Source: Vicugna vicugna (Eukaryota). Taken from it: DNA of 64,000 bases. Each line of letters begins with the position of its first letter. Positions within the stretch are counted from its first letter, which is position 1. The stretch is taken from assembly GCA_013265495.1 (NCBI GenBank), contig MU059756.1, positions 20,607,735-20,671,734 of the forward strand, written 5' to 3'. The notes under the pieces are model-generated. The model did not search any database. It saw only the letters and a list, made by a program, of their open reading frames with translations, and was not told where the DNA came from. The position numbers and the translations under genes are program-made. Shown here piece by piece: positions 48,851 to 60,432 of the stretch.

Positions 48851-51800
48851 GGCCTCAGTAAATGTATCTGATAACCATAGGGAGTTTCCACCTTCTCAGG
48901 TCAGATTTCATCCAAAGGAGGTGTCACTCTGTGAACAGACTTCAGGGGAACAGAAGGTAACCAGGCTAAAGGGATGCAAGCCTCCACTCTCAGCCAACCA
49001 CAGACAACTTTGCTGTTCCTGTAAATGTGTGTCCACTTTGGGTCTATTTTTAGTATGTTTATGATAAGATTTATGATAAGACTTGGTATGCTTATGAAAA
49101 GGCCCTGACATATATTAGGACTAATAGCTGTAAATGTGTAGGGTGGGGTCTTCCTTCCAGGATAAGGACATTCTAGGTGTTAGTCACCTGGGAGAAGAGC
49201 TATCTGACAGGCCCAGGACACAAATAGGCTCTCTAGCTGGGTAGCAGACTGGAATCCAGCTCTGCTGGTCTTGATCACCAAGGGGCCAAGAAGTCAGCCT
49301 GGGTTGTGGGGTGGAATGCAGCACTGTCCTGGGGTATGGGGGTGGGGAGACCAGGGGCAGACAGGGCAGAATCGGGGCAGGAAAAAACAAGTCAAGGAGT
49401 TTGTGCCTCTCTTACTTATGCTATTTCCCCTTTGAACTCCTTGAATGTTTGGAAAAGGCTTTTGGAAGGTTCCAGTATATCTCAGATATCTCAGTTGAGG
49501 GAATTTTTAAACACAGTGGGCCACAGAGCACTGGAGGGCAGCAATGATGGTGGCGGGGATGAAGGAATCGAATCCAGAGAGGAGAGGGAGTGGGATGAAG
49601 ATGGAAACTTTCAGTTGTCTGCCATCCTCCCTCCCTTCTTGGTTCTGCTGCCAAACTTGGAGGTTCTGGCTTGTATTTTAATGTAGAGGCAGCCCTCCTG
49701 TATGCCTAGAGGACTGGCCTTCGAGGTGTTTGTGAATGGTTTGCAAAATTGCCACTCTTCTTTTCTGCCACAATAGACTTTGAGAGAACTGAAGACAATT
49801 CAAGGTGGCTCTCTTCCTTCTTTTTCAAATACAAGTGAAGATGTGTAGAGATTTACTTTTGCTGTGTTGTTGACAGTGCACACATATGTACAAGTGTCTA
49901 TTATAGAAACTGAAGGAAATGCCATGTATATGTATTGAGTAGATTTATTAAGCTAAAAATAAAAAGTCCCCTGCAAAGTCCCCATTCCTGGCTCAAGAAA
50001 GTATCACCTTAGGAGTTTTACAGAAAATTTCCTGTAGCCTCTAAACCTGGAAGGGTAAAAAAGAAAAAAAATTTGCCAAGAGAGTTTCAGGAGTTCCAGT
50101 GAAACATGCATGCCACTTTCATTCCAAGAACCCTCACACCTCTCTCCTTTACCAATTTTTTCTGGAAAAGTCATGTTTTATTTCTGAAAACACCATACTT
50201 TAGGATGTAATGAACCTCCTAATATATTTATGTCTGTTTTAATATTATTTTCCTGATAACTTATTGTAAATTCCTCTAACATCACACTGACCCCCAAAGA
50301 GATTCCTTCAGAGGCATAAACTCAGAGAAAAGGATGAAGCTTCTTCCTTCTCTGTTTGGAAGATGTACTCAGAAACATAAATGTGTCTTCCGGTGTCAGG
50401 GAAGCCCCAGAACTAGAAGGCTGTGATACTTGGCTCTGACCTTGACACACGTGTGCAGAGATGAGAGTGAGGCTGTTCAGCCAGTAGCTCCCGGAGCTCC
50501 AAGCCTCCTCACTCTGGACTCGAACAAGATCAAGATTCCTGCCACAGAAATAGCTGAGCTAAACTCTAAAACTGGCCAAGAAAAAAAAAAATCTTGCATT
50601 CCTTAGGGGGGAAAATGCTACATTACACTGCCTCGTAGGGTTAATCCTGGTTTTGCCAACTGCCAGAGTTGTTAAAACATTTTTTATAAATAATTAAATA
50701 AATATTAGCCAACTAAATGAAATTAGCCACTTAATAAAATTAGCCAACAAATCTACCTACCAGTTCGACTCGTTCACTGAAGGTTTTTCTGAGCCTTGAG
50801 CCTCATGAAAGGATTTCTAGGGAGGAGAAAGTAAGGCACCTTTCATGTCTTTTCATAAACCTCTCTGGGCAATCCTCGGGCTCGAGTCTGCCACACTCGC
50901 CTGGATCCAGGCGCTCCCAGCCTGGCCCAAGGCTGCTCAGCCAAAGCCATCAGAGACAAGACCTTTCTGGGAACCGTTTGCAGACGCGCCTGCAAACTGC
51001 GCAGACACCAAAGAAACAAGGAAGATTTCTCTGGCCTTCAGCAAGTACAGGAAAAAGGCTCTCTATAGCCTCAAGTTGGGAAACTTTCCGTCGAAACTAC
51101 ATTATCCTTTGTGAGTTGCCGAGAAACCTCTAGCTTCTTTTCAAGGGATCGTAACGACTTGTGTCCACAATTATAGGAACCCAAGCAAATCAGAAGGAAA
51201 AAAATACATACATTGACTAGAAGCATAAGTTACATGGCTTGTGCGCGGCTTTGAAACATTCTTATCTAAACATGCCAGTGTCTACGCAATCGGGCTGCTT
51301 TTACCCCGGTGCCTCATTTGTAGTCACTTGTCCCTTGTTGGGCTGCATTTTTTTTTTTTTTGGAAAAACTAAGCACCTTAACTCCAGTCTCAAAGCGCTC
51401 CTCTGCATCTCTCCTGGCGCCCCGCAAGCAGAGCCCAGTCCTCCGGCTGCTCTCTTCCCAGCCCCCTGCTAGAGGCCGCCGCGGTCCGTGGTCCAGGCAC
51501 CCGCGGTGAGCGCGTGGGGAAGCCGTCCCCGGGGTATGTGTAGGTAAGGGGAATGGGTGGAACCTGGAGGATGCTAGTTTTAGCCAAGTTAACAGTGCCT
51601 GTCAGGGCACGCACTTCGGGTAGCCTCTGGGCCACAGGGTAGAATTGCAACCCCACAGCGATGATCGCAAGTTTGAACAGTCGAAGCAGCTTCACTGGGA
51701 CTGTTAGGGCCGCATCATCGGCAAGCATACTAGGCAGGGACGCCGGAGACAGAGACCACCAAGTCTCGGGGAACGCATACCAGCCCCGAGGAGCACGCAG

Positions 51801-52261
51801 CCACCGCTTAAAGATTTCCCAGATGCGATCCCCTGCTCCTCTCTCTGTCTCATCCCTCCCTGGACCCAACCTCGTCAAGAAGTCTGATGCTTAGACCCAA
51901 CTCTGGGAGGTGTGCTCCAAGACCCGAGAAGCCTCGAGTCGCAGTAAGTGTCGCCCACCTGGGGTTCGAACGTGTCGCGCAGCCACCTGTTCCATAAAGC
52001 CCGGAGTTTGTGCGGACGGGGGCTGCGGCAGGAAGAACCCTGTCATCCGTTCGGTCCGGCTCGGCCCATGATCTCCAAAGGCGCACATCACCCCAATTCC
52101 AAGTGCGCACATACCTTTGCGCAACCCCGGAGGCTCACACCACTCCCACCACCTGCGCGGCGACTTACTTCCCGGCCTCCCCGCTTCAGCCCCTTCCCCA
52201 GCACTGGCCGCAGGGCCCATACAGCGCCCGGCCCCTCCGGCAGGACGGTGCCCCAAAATAC

Positions 52262-52304
52262 CTGCCGTGAAGATGCAGAGAGCGAAGAGAGTCTTGCAGA
52301 CCAT
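52262..52304 (-). CDS. PARM1: PARM1 (prostate androgen-regulated mucin-like protein 1), coding part of exon 1: N-terminal signal-peptide segment MVCKTLFALCIFTA-G(phase 1)
   Basis: Minus-strand ATG at 52304-52302 in strong Kozak context (ggtaccATGG). The translation matches the PARM1 N-terminus as I recall it (human MVYKTLFALCILTAG...). It is followed after 43 nt by the donor CAG|GTATTT (GT at 52261-52260) and lies in a CpG island. The ORF-track extension to 51891 is intronic read-through. Confidence 0.93.
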
Positions 52305-52520
52305 GGTACCTTGGTGCTTGGTGCCGAGCCCGGCGCGGGCGTTGGGAGAGTTTGCCGGGACTGACCGAGCGCACCGGGAGCGGGTGGCTCCTCGTCTGCC
52401 CGGCTGGCTGCGATGGGAGGCGGGCGGTCCGGGCGGCTCGGGTGGCGCGAGGGGAAGCGAGGCGAGCGCCGCGCGGCTCCGTCAGCTGCTTGTCCTCCGG
52501 CGCCCGGCGCGCTTCTGCTC
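52305..52520 (-). other. PARM1: PARM1 exon 1 5' UTR (upstream boundary/TSS approximate)
   Basis: GC-rich sequence directly 5' of the ATG within the CpG island. The TSS cannot be fixed from sequence alone. Confidence 0.6.
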
Positions 52521-53129
52521 CATCCCCGACGCCCGAGCCCGGGGCCGCCTCCGCCGCCGCGCCGGCAGCCGCCAAACCCCTCCCACCCGGACCCCGCGGC
52601 GAGGACAAGGCCACCCCTGGCCTTTCCTCTCCCAGCTCTCGGGTCCCGGGAGTCCCGGCCCAGGGCGGCCTCTACTGGACAGTCAGGGCGCGAGACCCAC
52701 GTTTTGACGAGGTTCGGCAAATGTTTGGGGCCGCTAGCACTGTGCGGGCGGCTAAGGGGATGCAAAGAAGTGCCAGCAGATCTCTGCTCCCAGGAATTTA
52801 TCTCCGCTTTTCTTACATGAATTCTTATCCTTTAAACACGTGTCATCTTAGGTGATGACAACAATATGCCATCTTAGGTGTCGCCTCGAAGAACCAAGAC
52901 TCCACCACTGTAAGAGAACATACACATTTCTTTCCAAGTATGAGAACGGTTTCCTTTTCCTTCATTTCTCCAAATGTTCCTACGTGTACATTAGAACCTC
53001 ACACATACTCAACCCCACTGCATTTCCTGGTGCCTGAGCCTGGATGTCTGCTATCACATTCAACTTCTTACTTGAAGAAATCGTACTGATGTCAGGTAAC
53101 AGTGATCATAGGATAATTATGAACCAGGC

Positions 53130-53290
53130 ACCCTACTTGGTGTTGTATGGTGATGTCTTCTAACGACCCTATGACATAAGAATTATTATTCCATTTTACA
53201 GATGAGAGAACTAAGGCAAAGAGAAGATAAGTAATGTGCTCAAGATCACATAGCTGGATCCCAGAATTGAAGGCCATAATAGCAAAGGCT
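53130..53290 (-). mobile_element. MIR SINE
   Basis: attattattccattttacagatgagagaactaaggcaaagagaagataagtaatgtgctcaagatcacatagct. Confidence 0.8.
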
Positions 53291-54589
53291 GAGAATTGCT
53301 GTGTGTTGGATAACTGTGTTATGCAGGTGTTAACCAAGTCAGGTTATCAGAACAATCATTTGGAGTGGGCACTATTATAGTTTCATTGTCGGGAGAGAAA
53401 ATGAAAGCATCAAGAGATTTGAGTACTTGCTCAAGCTCAACCATTAATAGCTAATGGTAGAGGTAAGATGCCTGCCTAGGGACCATGGATCATCCTTGTA
53501 CTATTCTCCCTCTTCAAAGCTCTGTGTGTTCACACAGATCAAAGCTGACTTTCACTTAATCCTCCTCATCACTTTAGACTTGCTTACTTCCACACCTCTA
53601 TCGGGCCAGATGCCAGATCATGTCCCAATATCTATGTTATTACGAGCCTGATAGTCCCCTAGTCACTAGAGCTGGGGTGCCACAGGAATTAAGGAGTCTT
53701 CCTAAAGAACTGATTTGCTCAGGTCCATTCAAAGCTGGAGAACACCTTTCTTCTTCTGTGACTTCTTTCTCATATACCAGCCAGAGTCTCTGGTTTTATC
53801 TTCTCCCTCTTTTGGGTCTCATGACTTTCTCTGTGATGACATCAGTTCCTCTGCCTGACCCCACCGTTACCACTTGCAGAGCTTATCATGCTTTTACAAC
53901 CAGATTCAACCGAGCTCATAGTTTTTCTTTTGTCTTGGTAAATGTGTTATTGATTCTCATTGAAATAAGAAGTAGAAGACACTATTACCAAATGCCCATC
54001 CCCCTTTCCTCCTCCCTGGCCAGGAAAAGCTGCAAATTCAATTTATTAAACAAGTTCTCTTAATGCTTTTGACCTTCGGGTCCTTCCTAGTTCTAGTGTA
54101 TTCTATGTGATTGTGAGGAATTTCTGCCTCTGGATGGTGGCTGTTGGCGTGGGGGTGGGGAGGAGCAGGGACCACACACAGGTGGAATTTTGCAGGCATG
54201 TTCTAGAAGGTACTAACGCTATTAGATTAGCGCATTTTAAGTAAGTAACTCTATGACAGAAATAAAAGTTTTCCACTTCACAGAAAAAGTTATTCAATTG
54301 AAATTCAACAAAACTTTACTGATGTCCCTCACTAGTGCAAAGCAGGTGTGACTGTCTTTGATATCTATCATGATGGTTTGGTAGCTAAAGAATGGTGAGC
54401 CCCACATATGAATCAGTTAACATTTCCAAAGCTTTTAATTGTACACAGAATAGAATTGAAAAGAATTTCTTTAACTAAAATAATTCATTTTTATTAATGA
54501 TGAAAACTTTTGATTTATTAATTTAGTGAAAACATAATCACTTACCAGGTACCAGACCTTATGCTAGGCTGTGGAAATAGAATGGGTTG

Positions 54590-54950
54590 TGACAGTCAAA
54601 GTAGGTGGGTTATGCTGCTGTAATAAACCACCCCAAAGTCTCAGAGGCTTAAGCAATAATGGTCTATTTATTACTCATCATCGTCTTCTGTGGATCCAGG
54701 TTACTCCCCAGAGTAGATCTCCTATACATCAGGACTCAGTGTTATATTCCATATCGAAACCTGCTTCTACACTCACTGAAATGGGGGGAGAGAGAGGAGG
54801 AGAGTTAAGTGCAGCATTTAAGTCTTCCACCTGGAAGTGACAATTTTGCTCATATTTTATTGGTGAAAGCAAGTCAATGGCTATGCTGAAACTTCAGAAA
54901 ACAAGAAGACACATTCTTTGTCACTGTGACGTATGCCACAGTGGTTCATT
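54590..54950 (-). mobile_element. Old MLT1 (J/K/L-type) MaLR LTR
   Basis: aggtgggttatgctgctgtaataaaccaccccaaagtctcagaggcttaagcaata..gctcatattttattggtgaaagcaagtcaatggc. Confidence 0.75.
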
Positions 54951-55739
54951 CTGCTGCCATCAGGAAGTTTATATTCTAGTAGTGAGGAGTCAAACTTTGA
55001 ACGATCACAAAAGAATATGCAATAATTTATTATGTTAAACTGGTGGGGGATGGGAGAAATGAGTAAATTTTTGTAGTTGTTGCTTGTTGAAATAAACTGA
55101 ATAAAAAGAGCTAAAAATATATGCAATACTTTATTATGTTAAATGCTATAATAATAATACCTACTAACATTTATTGAGCTTCTGTTATGTGTTAGGAATT
55201 ATTTCAAGCATTTTGTGTAGTCTGTTTAAACTTTACACTCTATAAGTTTACCTCAATTTTACAAATAAAGAAACTGAGAGACACTTAACGAAAGTTTAAG
55301 TATGAAGGAAACCGAAAGGTGATAAGATATAGCAGGGGAACTCACACTCCTCAGTGGGGTCAGGGATGAAATTTGCATGTAACCCTTAAGCAAACCGTTA
55401 AGACCCTTTAATGTCTTATAGCAAAAGCCAGTTTCTTCACAGAATTCTTAGTTCTTTCACAATGCTCCACTGGGATAAAATCTAAGCTAAATCTGCCTTT
55501 TACTGACTTCCACTCTTTTCTGATCACTGTTAAAATGAATTTCTAGGGTTATAGACTGTCGACATTGTTTAAAAATTGCCCTTGGTTGACTTAGTTTTTG
55601 AAAAACTGAATTAATTATAACTTATAAAGTCAGATAATATATGTTAGATAATATGGAAGTGTTAGCTCTGGACTCTGATTCATCATGGCCTAGAAGAGAC
55701 AGAATAACTCAGTTGAGAGCCCTGGGTGAAGCAGTACAT

Positions 55740-55950
55740 TCAGTGGCTAAAGGCTGAATTCTGATGTCTATACCATGGTCCCTGAAGGTTGGACTCTAAT
55801 TCTCTCTCCATCATGGACTAACGACTAACTGACTAATTACTTGGCATCTCTATGCCTCAGTTTCCTCCTGGCATCATTGGGAAGGTTAGATGAATTACAT
55901 ATATGAAAGGCTTGGCATATTCTAAGTGCCCATAAATGTTAGGTGTTATT
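55740..55950 (+). mobile_element. MIR SINE
   Basis: ctctatgcctcagtttcctc..ggaaggttagatgaattacatatatgaaaggcttggcatattctaagtgcccataaatgttag. Confidence 0.65.
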
Positions 55951-56639
55951 AGAGGAGAATCTTTGACGTACATTTAAAAATTATTTTGAAATCTAAAGTA
56001 CAAGGAGAAACATTAATGCCTGCTGCAGTTATTTCTTCACACACATGGTTATGTGATTTGGACTCTGCCCCTGGGTACTTCCACTCCCATTACATCTGAG
56101 CTGCAGGGGAAAGTTCTAAACTGTCTCTGACAGCTCCTTCCCCACCTCCCTCTTTCCCAAGGGCAAGAATGCAGCAGCCTCAAGATCCTGATATATTTTG
56201 CCTTGTTTTCATTTCTCTTCCCAAGCTGCACTGCAAAAATGTCTCCCTGGGTTCTGCTGTTTGCTTCCTCACATCACTTTTGGTCTCTCTTCTTAACTCT
56301 AATTTCCTTTTTAAAATATTTTTTTAATATTAATGGTAAAAAAGATTAAAGGCAACTATGTAATGTGGGAAAAAGAGTAACTTTGGAACTTTGCCAAGAA
56401 ATATTTGCATGAACAAAGGCAGTTTTACAAGGGCATGATGAAACATGATTGTTTCCCTGATTTAAATAAACTTGTTTGAAGCTGTGTGAGCTCTTTGAGG
56501 ACACTAAACCACATGTCACTAATTTTTATTTTAATTAAGGAGGAAGCCCTTAAAAGACTTCAGGAAGGAAGAAACTGGCCTCTTGGAGGTGATGCACTTA
56601 ATAAAGCTTCTTATTTAAACAAGTCTAAAACTCCAGAAG

Positions 56640-56912
56640 TCATATTTTTAAAAATGGAGAAAGAAACAGGAGAAATTAATTTTAATGCTGTACTTTGTTT
56701 AACTTGATATACCTAAAATATTTATCATTTCAACATGTAATGAACAGCAAAATATTCATAGGATATTTTACATTCTTTATCTTATTCTAAGCCTTCAAAA
56801 TCCAGTGTTGATTCTATACTTATATAATGTCTCAATTCAGACTAAGCACATTATGAATACTCAATAACCAAGCATGGCCAGCAGCTATTGTAATGATCAG
56901 TGCAGCTACAGA
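56640..56912. mobile_element. MER33 (hAT-Charlie MITE)
   Basis: gaaacaggagaaattaattttaatg..ttcaacatgtaatgaac..ggatattttacattcttt..aaaatccagtgttg..tctcaattcagactaagcacatt. Confidence 0.75.
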
Positions 56913-57029
56913 GCACTGGGCTCAGTCTCTTGCTTCATGGATGTGTTCTATAAAAGTACAGAGCAAATGCTGGTGGGATTTTCTTAACTGACAGTGGGGT
57001 AGTTGGAAACCTAAGACTTGCTAACTGCA

Positions 57030-57205
57030 TGTTCTCTAACCCTCATTAACCTCTCTAACTCTCAGTTTCTCTTTCTATGAAATGAAGAAGATGGTAATAA
57101 TAATGACCCTCTACTTCAAAGGATTATTGTAAGGATTAAATGCATGGAAAACATTTAGAACAGACCCTAGACAGAGCAGAGTCTTAATAAATATTTCCTA
57201 ATATA
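57030..57205 (+). mobile_element. MIR SINE
   Basis: aacctctctaactctcagtttctctttctatgaaatgaagaagatggtaataata..aaaggattattgtaaggattaaatg. Confidence 0.75.
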
Positions 57206-57354
57206 TTTGGCAGGAATGGTTATGATGATGATAAAAAATGAGTATCAATAGTAAAATCTTCCCAATTGTCAGTGTAGTGTTAGAGACTCCTTACCACTCA
57301 GAGGCATTGACAATGTTGCTTGTCCCTGGAAGTCTACTTATGCATAGTTTAGAG

Positions 57355-58444
57355 CAGCATTTATCAAACATTTTGGTCCCAGGGCTCCTTTACCCTCCTA
57401 AAAGTAAGAACTCTAAAAACCATTTGTTTATGTGGAAGGAACACTTTAAGGGCCCTTTCAGATAATTGTGGGTTTTGTTCTTTAATGTTTCACCTAAACT
57501 CAATAAACAGTAGTTTCTCAAAGTTAGCAGCAAAGTGGAATCTGAAAGCATCTCAGTAAGATTTTCATATTCTTTTCTATTCAAATTAATTGGTCTATCT
57601 TGCACTTTGAATGTGTCTCTTACTCACATGTATTTTGTAACATCGTGCATTGGTCTTATAGAAAATATTGGTTCACTGACTTATGAAGATCTTCCAAATT
57701 TTAGCATATTTCATTATACAATATCAAAAATAACATCTTCACTTACATCATCAGAGAAATCTTTAAATATTGCTAAACTGTCAAGTCAATAATGGAGGAT
57801 ACAAGTTTGACAAAATTTTAATTTTCACTTGAAAGCTTGACTCTTATTATTGACACCAGATACTGTTGTTTTCCTTGAAGTGACAGTCTAACTTCATGGA
57901 AAAAAATGTCTTACAAATATCCAAGTCAGAATAACCATAGTTTGTCTGTTAGTTTTTCTTTAAACTATAAATTGTGTTCCATGAAAAAAGTGGTTGTTTC
58001 AGCTTGTGACTCAAATAATTACATAAGTGCATTTCCTTGAGACAATCACCTTCCTTTGGCAGGCAGAAAACGTGATTTATGTTTTTTTCCCTTTATTTAC
58101 ATAAAATATATAAAACATGCATATTCAAGATCAAGATTTATTAAAATTAATAATTTTTACTCTTCTTTAAGGAAATTCTTAAGTGAAACTTACTTTTTCC
58201 CCCTTTAAACTGGGCAGCATGGTGTTGAGGAATACAATGAGTACTAGTAGAATTTGGTGCCAATTCTTCATTAGTGCTGAGGAACCAGAAATTTTCCCAC
58301 AATTGCTTTTGCATCATCAATGCAAAAGTTAAAAAAAAGGCCAAAAATGTTAAAATGTAAGTTGTATTTGAGTTTTGATTTTGTGGACCTCAAAGGATCT
58401 TGGGAACTCCTAAGAGTCTGTGGACCACACTTGGAGAATTGCTG
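57355..58444 (-). mobile_element. Charlie1-family hAT DNA transposon (internally deleted) with decayed transposase segment
   Basis: Termini cagcatttatcaaac.. and ..gtggaccacacttggagaattgctg; 8-bp TSD gtttagag (57347-57354) / gtttagca (58445-58452). The minus strand reads SLQGKQ and NNKSQAFK*KLKFCQTCILHY*LDSLAIFKDFSDD, typical of Charlie transposase. Confidence 0.82.
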
Positions 58445-58599
58445 GTTTAGCAAAACATCTTAGAAGACTGCTAAGAACATCGATGATTTTAACTTCCCAG
58501 AGCAGTCCTTTCTTCAGAGAAATGCTCTTTTCCCTTCTCGAATCAAGAGGTTCCAGTGGGGGTTGCATCTTCTCGTGGAGCCTGCCTCTTTTGCTGCAG

Positions 58600-58950
58600 A
58601 GATCTACTCAGTGCACTTTCCCAGGATTTTCAAACTTGAGACCAGAAAATATCACTCATAGTTGCTCTCTGAAATGAAGTTATGGAGTTCCAGTACTCTG
58701 GTGGACCACTCCAGCATGTGGAAGAAACTGGTCTGAATTAGGATATAGCAACCTGATTCTCAAAGAAAAGTAGAAATGGAAGAAAAGAAGCCTGGTGATA
58801 TTTTAGTCCCTAGTCACACTTGTCTCGGAGGTGTATCTGTATCCTTGTCCTTCCTCCCACTCTGTGAGCTTTTTGATAAACTTCCCCTTTTTGTCAAGCT
58901 AGTTCAAACTGGGTTTCTGCCTTCTGCAACCAAAAGCAATTGACTAATGC
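58600..58950 (+). mobile_element. Old ERVL/MaLR LTR 3' part (LTR16/MLT1-like)
   Basis: ttttgataaacttccccttttgtcaagctagttcaaactgggtttctgccttctgcaaccaaaagcaattgactaatgca; left boundary uncertain. Confidence 0.6.
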
Positions 58951-60432
58951 AGAGGTCAGCAGAATTTAATTTCTAGAGCCATTCAGTGTTCAATAATAGT
59001 GACTGAAGACAGATTTTCCTAGCCAGAAAAATTTAATTATCAGCTCTGAACTAAAAATAATTATATTAAAACCATACCATTGCTATGTTGTTGAACTGAT
59101 GTGTGGTACAATAAGTAAGGGTTCAGCATGTATTTCTGAAAAATTCATGTAACTGAAAATGGTTAAGCCCATGAAAGCAAGTGAACCACATCATTCACAC
59201 TAAATGTTTAATAGTCATGATAAATTCCAATAACTTCCACAAATAATTGTAATGAAAAATACAGTCAATAACCTGAGCTTTAAATTCTTACATTTTCACA
59301 ATATTTATAAATTTGTCCAACTAGGCTTTTTTTTTCTGCTCTACACATATTTTTTACCACCATCAATTGTAAAACATCTTAGTAGATTCTGCCTTATGTT
59401 GTACTGCATTCATGTTTCCTTAGGTTCCTTGAAAATATTCTTGACTCTAGTTTTACTCTGACTATTCATAGAGGTGAAATTTTCAGTCATTTCAAATTTG
59501 GTATTGAATCCTCAAATAACCACATATGAACCAGTATTGATAACATCTGTTGACTCATCAAGAGCTAAGGAAAACCACTAGAAATTTTTGTTGCTGTTTT
59601 TAAGTTGACTATTGATGCTGCTTCTAATTTCCTCAACTCTTTGAGCACGTGGTCTCACAGAAAGCTTAATGGTCCAAACAAGTTCATTTTCCATGGAAAC
59701 CATTTTGCTTTTGGCTGCTGCATTCAAATTCAATGTAATTAACTCACAATTGGTAAATAATTTCTCTTGCTTTACTAATGAATGAGTCATTGTGAAGGTT
59801 ACTTTGGTTGCAGCTTCATATTGATTTTTAATTTTCATGGAACAGTTCTGATCTAATGAGATATTTGTTTTAAATTTTCTATTTTTTCTGACTGTTTTGG
59901 AATATTGTGCGTTGGCAAGAGTGTGATAATTATTTAATTTGATGATATTGACATATAATATACTTTTTTAGCACAGCAATAGCATAATTCACATCCATTG
60001 TGTCTTAAAAGTGTGATACTTGAAGTCTGGGCTTTTCATTTTTATTTTTGTTTCTTTGGACATGATGGGTACACACCCACACCAATATATGTGACACTAG
60101 GTATGCTGCAAAGCTATGACTGCATCACTATTATTTATAGTGCACTGAGCAGCAGTGTGAAGCCATAAGAGTGCCACATGCAGCTTCTATCACAGCTAGT
60201 CAACACTGCACCACTGCTGTAGTGTGGAAGTAGCTGTAGGCAATGTGTAAACAAATAAATGTATTTTGTAGCTGTGTTCCAGTGAAACTTTAGTTATAGA
60301 CTCTGAAATTTGAATTTCATATAATTTTCATGTGTTAAGAAATATTCTTCTTTTGAATTTTTTCAAACTTTCTGAGCTCACAGGCAGTACAAAAACAGAT
60401 TTGACTTCTTGACTATAGTTTGTCAATCCTTG
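58951..60432 (-). mobile_element. Cheshire-type (MER58 parent) hAT transposon, 5' 1.5 kb with pseudogenised transposase (ATG at 60063)
   Basis: MER58B-like terminus at 60170-60432 followed by target ctctagag (60433-60440, NTCTAGAN). Minus-strand translation with stops/frameshifts: MSKETKIK.., IAVLKKY.., ATKVTF..LVKQEKLFTNCELI.., WFSLALDESTDV, NLLRCFTIDGGK, GLNHFQ.., LLNTEWL. Confidence 0.85.

Larger units (their letters stand above)
1..52261 (-). other. PARM1: PARM1 intron 1 (continues beyond the window start; exon 2 not present)
   Basis: Donor at 52261. I saw no Ser/Thr/Pro-rich mucin-like exon-2 sequence; the ORF track lists only start-codon ORFs, so this is partly by eye. PARM1 has a very long first intron in other mammals (recalled knowledge). 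Confidence 0.8.
51230..52800. promoter_or_regulatory. CpG island / PARM1 promoter and exon 1
   Basis: Abrupt rise in GC and CpG density against a CpG-depleted background; GC boxes (e.g. GGGCGG at 52663-52668); contains the PARM1 start codon. Confidence 0.9.

Noticed and set aside
51390-52855. Many overlapping 135-225 aa ORFs on both strands
   Set aside because: Expected in a stop-poor CpG island. They are low-complexity Arg/Pro/Gly/Ala translations with no recognisable domain; only the 43-nt PARM1 exon is supported.
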